Below, piece by piece: positions 55,263 through 64,000 of a stretch of 64,000 bases of DNA (position 1 is the first letter of the stretch; each line of letters starts with the position of its first letter). The stretch is from Amoeboaphelidium protococcarum X5 (taxonomy: Eukaryota; Fungi; Aphelidiomycota). The stretch lies in NCBI GenBank assembly GCA_023515725.1, contig JALDTO010000162.1, positions 1 to 64,000 on the forward strand. Reading direction: 5' to 3'. The notes beneath the pieces were generated by a model, which made no database searches, was not told the origin of the DNA, and saw only the letters and a program-made list of their open reading frames with translations. The translations under genes and the position numbers were made by a program.

Positions 55263-57548
55263 TCATTCAGAACTCTTATTCCCTTGCTACTACTGTTTCT
55301 AATGATGAAGAATCTAATTTGCTTAGTTTACGCGCTAATCCATGAAGGACGGATCTGACTTGGTTTGTAAGTCTTCCAGACGCAGTTCTTCATCCATTTC
55401 AGACACCATCTGCAATGGACTAGAGTAAGAATACGTCTGTGAACCACCTCTTGAGCCGGAACCAAAGTTGTTGCCACTGCCAATACTGAAATTGCTGTTA
55501 TTACTGCTATTAATACTACCACTACCATTGTTACTAACCAAAGGACTGTAACCATTACTACTAAACGCTGAACCAAACAAAGCACTAGAATAACCATTAA
55601 AAGACTTACTACTGGAAGACAACAAACTAGGAGCATTCTTGACACTACTTTAACTTAGATTCTGCATTTAAGACTGACGCTGCTATTGCGGCTATTACTG
55701 ATGTTGCTACTACTACTATTGAGATTGCTGTTACTAATGAGGCGCCGCGTTGGCGTTACCACCAGTAGATGATGCACCCATACTGTTAGTAATCACAGGG
55801 GAATCAGCTACCAGAGCAGGCGACCATTTGCTCTTCATAAACGCGCCGGCAGAACTTCCATAACCACCTCCATTAGAGACACCACTTTGACTTGCAGCGG
55901 ATAGATTGAAGTTTGGAGTACCAGCAGAGTTGGTCAATGAATCAGACAAGCCATTCATATTCCAAGTAGAGTCGTACATTCCGGACTGCGTAACCATAGC
56001 AGGAGGTGGCAACTAAGGAGTGGCGGCAGACTGATGATATTGCATCTAGTTCATTTCCCACGGCTTTGGCTTCTTACAATTCTTGCTACTGTGCCCATTC
56101 TGGTTACAGTTATAGCAGAACAGCTGGTCTCTCGGGCAATCCTTATGCAAATGACCAGAATCACCACAGCCATAGCAATACCTTGTCGGCTGAGGTGGTG
56201 TGGACATGTGCGGAGTACCACCCTGGGACTGCATCAAATATCTATATGATGGATCATATCCACCACTGATAGTCTGCCTATGTACGCGTTCATGATGCAC
56301 AGGATACTGATGCTGATACATCTACTGCTGCATCATTTGCTACTGCTACGGGTATTGGTGGTGAGTATACATCGCACCGGAGACGTATTACTGCTAGCTC
56401 ATAGGAGGTGTTGGAATTTGATAAGTACTCAGACTGTAAGCCTTCTTTCTACCACCAGCACCACCGCTATTGCGCACTGCAGAACCATCATAACCACCAG
56501 ACTGTGCAGTAGCAGATTTAGAATCCATAGCAGGACTCTACAAATGATTCAACATCATTGATGGAGGCAGATGAACACGCACAGTACCGATATCATAATT
56601 ACGCAACATAGCATAATGACCACTCAGCATGAGACCCTTCTCAGTGTTCTAACCAGCAGGAGCAAACGCGCCAGGTGCAATTTGATTAATAGCAGATGCA
56701 GCCACATTAAAAGCATCATCATTATGCACCAAAGTCTTACTGAAAGTCACTGAAAAGAAGGACTCTCCAGGTGCGTAATCATCCTGAACGAATATCATCT
56801 CATACTACTTGATATCGCTCTTCTCCACAGCCAGAATCTTGCCAGTAGCATTAATAGTCTTTCTAACCTCCTGAATGCCCTTGAAAGTTATTACAATCCT
56901 GGACTTGATCACCTTATAAACTCTTCTACTACCATCAGCCAGAGTCTGAGACTACTACTAGGATGGATCTGACTGAGCTAAATTTTAAGAATTAGAGATA
57001 TCAGATGCAGACGTATCACTCTGATTAGAAGCGTCGGAGTTTGATCTAGCCACCTTGATGGTATCACGAAGAGCTGTGTGAAGACTATTTGATGCATTAA
57101 CTGTCGCGTCTGCCACATTGACTTACGGAGAGTCTTTATCACCAACACCAGCGGCAGCAGATGCATTACTTTATAGAGTGCTTACTGATTTCCCACCTTT
57201 ATTATTATCATTATAATTCTAACGATCCTTCTAATCTCTACTGATAACTGACGAGTAAGTGACCTGTGATGGAGCCGGCGCCGCGTTTAACGCATGATTC
57301 GGAGGCGTCAGAGGAGCATTAGCAGACTATTAAACTGATTTATCTTCCACTCCTCCACCAACAGATGATGTCAAATCGGCACTATCAGCAGATCCAGATC
57401 CATTGTTACTATCAGTCTTCTCATCCAAAAGATCACAAATAGATGATACATTGAGCAGTGTTATCATGAAATCACCATTGATCTGTGGATTCAGCATACT
57501 TTTGAATGTGCCAGGCAGCATCACACCATTATTTCCATTCTAGTTCAT
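55263..57548 (-). CDS. Low-complexity Q/S/N-rich protein with two CCHC zinc knuckles (761 aa)
   Basis: CYGCGDSGHLHKDC and CYNCNQNGHSSKNC; four ORF-track fragments share one frame. Confidence 0.85.
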
Positions 57549-58393
57549 TATTATAGTGATAGATTCCAGATCAGTGATAACGTGTTGATATATTGTATAT
57601 AGGTGTGTCTATTTGTAAAGGTATCTATCAGGAATATATGTATATTGCAGGAGTAAAGCACGGAATTAACAACGCGTCTCGGGATCAAGTGAGAGAGTGA
57701 GATTTGTTGTTGTAGATGACGAGTGTTGTTCTTCGGTAGGCTAAGCTTGACGATGAGAATAATTGTCACGGCGCAAGACTTGCTTACTGTCTGTCTGTCT
57801 ATCTGTCTGTGAGTGAACGAGTGTATAGATTGAATGAGAACAAAATACGACTGCGCCACAACGCCCGGCTGACTTTAACGAGCGACCGGTTTCAAATTCA
57901 CGTTTTGTTTCATAACGACGCTTGATTGGGTCAGATCGCGCGGTCCTGTTCACGCATTACCTCTCCACGTTATAGCCACGTCATACACTGATTGTTGATT
58001 AATCGAGATGCATTCCGTCTTGATAATGTATATGTATATCGTCACCTCTCATACCATGGTGATTGTATTTAATTGTACTCTAGGTATGGACGCTTAGTAT
58101 GCGGATATAAACCGTAAGAAGCGATTACGCAGATGCTCTTTGAAGAAATGAACGCGTTCTAAAGCTTAGTATTTATGACGTCTTTTTATAGGTTCTAATG
58201 ACTCGAATGCAACGTTGTTTATATCGCAGTATTATTCAAACGAATACTCTGATCTTTAATATTCAAGTACAATTCAACAGTCTTCGTTTTTACTGAAAGC
58301 AGAGTAGAGAGTATTTCAAGTAAGCAATCACCGAGTAATTGAGTGTACAGAGAAGTTTTCACGCGAGGAATCACTCACTCTTTCCGCGCGCAT

Positions 58394-58424
<31 letters not shown>

Positions 58425-58450
58425 TTCTCTCTCTCTCTCTGTCGTTCTCT
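58394..58450. repeat. Interrupted (CT)n microsatellite upstream of SEC27
   Basis: (CT)n-GTCGTT-(CT)n-GTCGTT. Confidence 0.9.
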
Positions 58451-58612
58451 GACTTGTGGTCCCCCTTCAGCAGTCTCTCGCTCTTATTCTTCTTGCTCGA
58501 TTTCTCTCTTGTTTCTTCGCCAGTGGTTCAGTTCAGTAACATTATCCCGTATTACAACACTTTTAACTTGAAAGTAAAGTCAAGAACCTAGCTTATCTTT
58601 TGACAGTAGTAA

Positions 58613-61600
58613 ATGCAGCTGTAAATTAAAAAGACTCTCTCTAATCGCTCGGATAGAGTTAAATGTGTGGACTTTCATCCCTCTGAGCCGTGGCTTCTGG
58701 TCAGCTTGTACAATGGTCAGTGTCACATCTGGAACTATGAACTGTAGACTCTGCTCAAGACATTTGAGGTGTGCGACCAACCTAGTCGCTGTGGTAAGTT
58801 TATTGCAAGAAAGAGCTGGTTTGTCGTAGGTTCCGATGATATGAATCTGCGAGTGTTCAACTACAACACTCATGAGAAGGTGGCTGCTTTTGAAGCTCAT
58901 TCTGACTACATCCGGTCCGTTGCCGTCCATCCTAACTAGCCGCTTCTGCTTAGTAGTGCTGATGACATGGTTATTAAAATGTGGAATTGGGATTAAAAGT
59001 TCAAGTGTGTCATGACTTTTGAAGGCCACTCGCATTATGTAATGAGCGTCTGCTTTAACCCAAAGGACTCTAACACTTTTGCGTCCGCCTCACTGGATAA
59101 GACCATAAAGGTGTGGAATCTTGCTAGTCCTCACCCAAATTATACTTTGGAAGGACACGAAAAGGGAGTCAATTGGGTAGATTACTATAATGGCGGTGAG
59201 AAGCCGTATCTTATCTCTGCTGCCGATGATAAGACGGTCAAGATTTGGGACTATTAGACAAAGACGTGTATTACCACGCTGGAAGGTCACACTTAGAACG
59301 TTTGTGCTGCGTGCTTTCATCCGGACCTGCCTGTTATATTGTCCGGATCTGAAGATGGAACTGTCCGTGTCTGGCATGCTACAACTTATCGCTTGTAGAA
59401 TACTCTCAACTATGGATTTGAGCGTGTGTGGTCTATTGCTTATCACAAAGGCAGTAATGCCGTGGCCATAGGATATGATGAAGGTTCTGTAGTGATTAAT
59501 CTCGGCCGTGAAGATCCGTCAGTGTCCATGGACAATAGTGGCAAGATTGTCTACTCAAAGTAGAATGAGATTATGATGGCGCACTTGCAAGGAGCAGATC
59601 TTGGCACTGTCAAGGATGGAGAGCGTGTGAGTGTGGCCGTTAAGGATCTGGGTAATAGCGAAGTTTATCCGCAGACATTGCAGCACTCTCCCAATGGAAG
59701 ATTTGCTGTCGTGTGTGGAGATGGTGAGTTTATCATCTACACCGCCCTGTCTTGGAGAAATAAGAGTTTTGGTAGTGCTCTGGAGTTTGTATGGAGCAGT
59801 GATAGTAACGAGTATGCTTGCAAAGAGTCTGGCACTAAGATCAAGTTGTTTAAAGCTTTCAAGGAACGCTTGGTGCTTTCCACTCCATTCAATGCCGACT
59901 CCATCTATGGTGGGATGTTGTTGGGCGTTAAAGGCGGTTCCTTTATGTGTTTCTATGACTGGTCTACTGGCTCCATGGTAAGACGTATCGATGTTGTGCC
60001 CACTAATGTGTACTGGTCAGAGAATGGAGAGTTTGTGTGCATCAGCTGTGCCGATTCTTATTATATACTCAAGTACAGGTCTGATGTGGTGGCCAGTATG
60101 GTTGCTGATGGCAATGTTCCTCAGGATGGCATTGAAGAGGCTTTTGACGTGGTGGCTGAGACTGCAGAGGTTGTCAAAAATGGCTGTTGGGCCGGTGATT
60201 GTTTCATCTATACTACTGCCAGTAATAAGTTGAATTACTTTGTTGGAGGCTAGGTGAATAGTGTTGCTCACTTTGACAAGAATATGCATCTGTTGGGATA
60301 TCTGGCTAAAGAGAGCCGTATTGTGGTTTGTGATAAGGATGTTAACATCTTCACGTACAGCTTATCTCTGACTCTTTTGGAGTATCAGATTGCTGTACTT
60401 CGCAAGGATTTTGCGACTGCTTAGAAGCTACTTATTAATCTAACAAATGAACAGAGAAATAAGATTGCCAGATTCTTGGAGGGGTTGGGTATGAAGTAAT
60501 TGGCAATGGAAGTCACTACGGATGTTGAGCATTAGTTTGAATTGTCTCTGCAGCTGTAGTTGTTGGATTAGGCGTACTAGATTGCACGTGCAATCAATCA
60601 AGACATCAAATGGAAACAAGTTGGCGATTTTGCTCTATAATAGTGGAATATCAAAGTCGCTGAGGAATGCTTCTCCAATGCTAAGGATTATTCGAGTCTA
60701 TTTTTGATTTATAATTCTTTGGGTGAGGTTGAGAAGATGAAGACGTTGGCTGGTTAGATTGGCTCGGGATCTTTGTAGAATACGTCTAATTTGGCCTTCC
60801 TGAGCTGTTTCCTTTCCAGTAACTTTGAATAGTGCCTTGAATTGCTTAATTAAGCTGAGAGATATCCAGAAGCTGCTTTATTCGCGCGCACTTACTAGTA
60901 AGACGGTGTAACAGAGCTTTATGATTAATGGGTGAAGCAGTTGCGCCGTGACGGAATGAAAAAGGTGGCTGATGCTCTGTAACTGCCTAAAGGTCTTGCT
61001 CAGAGTAATGGTCATCATAAACAACCATCTACGCAATAGCCAAAATAGCTACAATAGTAATAGTAGTGGTAGTAGCAAGCGTCGCCGATATCTGTGTCTC
61101 CAAAGAGACAGGATTCTCCATTGAAATAGAAGCCGTCACAGCCAACTACAGTCGCTCCAGTTGAACCTCAATAGCCAAAGTTTGATGAAAATCTGGTCCC
61201 TGTTGTTGATACTCCATCCCCTGTTAAATAAGAATAGGATCAGTTTAGGGTGCAGTAACCACAGGTATAGCCACAGCCAATGATGGGCCGTACGTCATCA
61301 GTGAGTCCTTAGTTGTAGTAGAAGATGTCCTCTCCATCATCATCATCATCACCTGGACAGTAGTAGAAGTCTCAGCAATAGTCTAGTCCTGTAGTCTCCT
61401 AGCAAAAAGATACAAGATCGCCAAAGTTAGACTTTACTAATTAGCCGCAACAATTTGTTGATTAGAACGCTTATCAGAGCTAGTTCAAATAGCCGCCAGT
61501 GTAATAACCACCAGTGATGGAATTTAATCAATAGCCTGGTGGCAATCAATCACCTGAGAATGACTTGTTCGTTGATGCAGTCATGCCAGTCTAGTCGAAT

Positions 61601-61813
61601 TCTCCTTAGAAGCAATAGCAGTTCCAGGATTATAATTATGATAACAATAATGTTGTTAATGCTGCACAAGAACCTTAAGCATCTCTGCTTGATGATGATT
61701 TGGATGCTGTGCTGGCTGAGGGTGCCGGCAATATTGATCTGAATGAGTTCTCCGCCGCCAACGAGCCACATTCAACTGGGGATGCGGAACTGGACGAGTT
61801 TCTGAATATGTGA
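58613..61813 (+). CDS. SEC27: Coatomer beta' subunit with a long Q/P-rich C-terminal extension
   Basis: [16 protein letters not shown]; FEAHSDYIR; FEGHSHYVM; IWDYQ(TAG)TKTC; HSPNGRF. Confidence 0.97.
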
Positions 61814-62061
61814 TCACTTTGGTAATAATGAAAGATTAATCAGTTTCGACTTTATTATTATGTAATTATTTCTTTTACTGAATCTAATCGATTAGTTTTG
61901 AGGAAAATGACTGAGCGATGTCTGCGTGTGTCTCCCTCCCTCTCTTTTTCCCTGTCTGTCAGTAGAAATAGATGAGATTGACGATTTTCATTTTTCTCAC
62001 TTGCTTCATTTCTCTTCATTATCATCATTGCTCCCTCCCATTTGTACATGCATGATCCATC

Positions 62062-62395
62062 ATGTCTGAAAGTTAGAATTAGAAATTGGGGGAAATATCT
62101 AGTACATAATAATAATAGTAGCAGTCACAGTAAAAGTAGTCACTTAATGCAGATGCCACTTCAGAATAAAAGAGTAGTAAAAGTAAGCATAGACGAAGGA
62201 AGAAAAAGAAGAAGCAGCCTCAACCTCTGCACAATGATAATTTGAATGACACTGATAGAAGTAAAAACGTGAATTAAAATTTTTAATAAAATGCTCAATA
62301 AAAGACTGATCAGGTGGAGAGTAGAGTCAAAGATATGAATTTGAATGATGATGGCGGCCGTGTGAAGAGAGATTAAAGACCAAAGAGCACACCGC

Positions 62396-62435
<40 letters not shown>

Positions 62436-63678
62436 GTAGAATATGAATGTAATAAGCCCCACTACCGCCAGATGGTAGTTGCCAGATGTATAAAAGAGTA
62501 CTTGGAATAATTTTAATGCTGGATGGTCTCATGTCAAGAGTAGTTCTACTGCTGAGAATAAATAGGCTGTTATCACTTAATCGTACGCGTCATCTCCCTA
62601 TTAGACCTCACCTCAAAGCTTCGCTCATTAAACTACTGGTTAGGCGTAATACTTGGGCTGGAATGTTGCCCCGTCAGAGTATAGACCGTCTCAGCTGTAG
62701 TAGATGTAATACAGTCAGTAATCATCATCATCATCATCATAGAATCCTTAAATTATGGATCCTAATATATTTGACTCTGCTCTGCGGGATATAAATTAAA
62801 AAAAGACCAGTCTAGCTGTATCATCACAGTTTAGGAGTATTGAAAAGTTTCTTAAGCATTCTCTCATACCAATGAATGAGGAGTTCTGTTATAGACGCGG
62901 TGATTACTCTTACATTTCACCTGGCACTATCAAGGATATCTATCTCATCCATCCTGGCTCTCTATTAATTGATCATGATGTTAATCAAATCGGAGATGTT
63001 AGTGGATAATCAATTTTGGCGTCTGTGATGGCTATCAGAGATGTGGCTCTTATCACTGGAAATTTGTATGTTTATCAGCCTTAAATGTCATTGGTAGAGA
63101 AGCAGGTAATGTTGGCTTTATCACTCTCTCCCGTTACTGGAACTCCTATTGATGAAATGCTTAGTAATGCATCATCGCTCCCTTCAAAGTCATTGTACTG
63201 GATTAATGGTAAAGATGTGCTTGACATCTCGGAGCGTATTGTCTCTGCCAACTGGGGTCCGTGGGGACTTCATTCTGTTGTGATTGCAAGTCAGGATATA
63301 CGAAAGTTACTTGAGTAGAAATAGAGTGGTGATGGATAAACAGATTAATACGAAAAATTGCAAAAGGTTATAAAGTACGTCGCGATTGTTCCTATCTCGA
63401 TGCCTCAGTAATTGTCGCCTTAGCAAGAATATTCAGATACTGTTTATGGCGACCAATCTCAAAGTAGCAATATACAACGATCGTCAGCTCTTTATACTCC
63501 TCCTGCTCTGCTCAACTCGCGTACTCCACGCCGTCTCTCTCAATCCAGCCTTGCATCGATAGGCTCTGTGTGCTTTCACTATTTCAACATTGCTCATCTT
63601 CACTGTCTGGATAATGATTTCTGGGGATTTGGAACTGATCCTGATGATCCGGTCGATCTTGGTCCTAGTAAAGAATGA
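62062..63678 (+). CDS. Hypothetical protein (538 aa): Q/N-rich basic N-terminus and a probably folded C-terminal half
   Basis: One open frame; NLS-like KHRRRKKKKK; (AAT)12 poly-Asn at 62398-62433. Confidence 0.75.
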
Positions 63679-64000
63679 TTATCTACAATAAAACACATCT
63701 TGTTCATAAATTTTATGTACAAAAAAACTTCTTTTGCTTGATATAATTGATTTTACAAGTGTTTTATTATTAGACCGAGTATTGATCAATCAAAGTCGCG
63801 TCTGATTGGACTGTACAGTTACATTTAAAACTGAACCAATCAATGCACTCAGGCGATATTGCTGATACCATCTATAGATTCATGGATGATCTACTCTTTT
63901 CGCTGTTTAATTACTACAGCTGTATTTAATATATACAAATAGCAATATAAAACAATATTATTAAATATGAATAAAGCTGTTAAAGAGTTGATGGAATAGC

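Overview
Compact, gene-dense eukaryotic nuclear DNA with an opisthokont/fungal-like gene set, read with a non-standard genetic code. TAA and TAG occur in frame at conserved Gln positions in nearly every gene, and every gene I could trace ends at TGA. The supplied standard-code ORF track therefore breaks real genes into fragments. I re-translated the window by hand with TAA/TAG=Gln. It holds the 3' part of a divergent 28S rRNA gene, an antisense 5S rRNA gene, about 4.4 kb of unexplained spacer with degenerate repeats, and about 34 protein genes with short introns (42-74 nt). Recognisable genes include SIS1-type DnaJ, UFD2, ORC4, VMS1, a BVMO, UVDE, SRD5A, mL41, GALT, an Na+/H+ exchanger, IDH1, DES1, EXO5, SDE2, DGAT2, FMT1, NDUFA8, ELC1, fumarate reductase-cytochrome b5 and SEC27. 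The code plus the gene content fits the aphelid Amoeboaphelidium protococcarum, where this reassignment is already known; that assignment is my inference and was not checked. The most unusual items are a protease-less disintegrin-EGF-TM-SH3 receptor, two possibly paralogous orphan secreted proteins, a secreted EF-hand/Kex2-like precursor, a bacterial-type cyclase gene that uses the host code, a strong GTAG 3' splice-site bias, near-loss of rRNA ES27L, and an SDR gene with no AUG start. All family calls come from motif recognition by eye, not from database searches.
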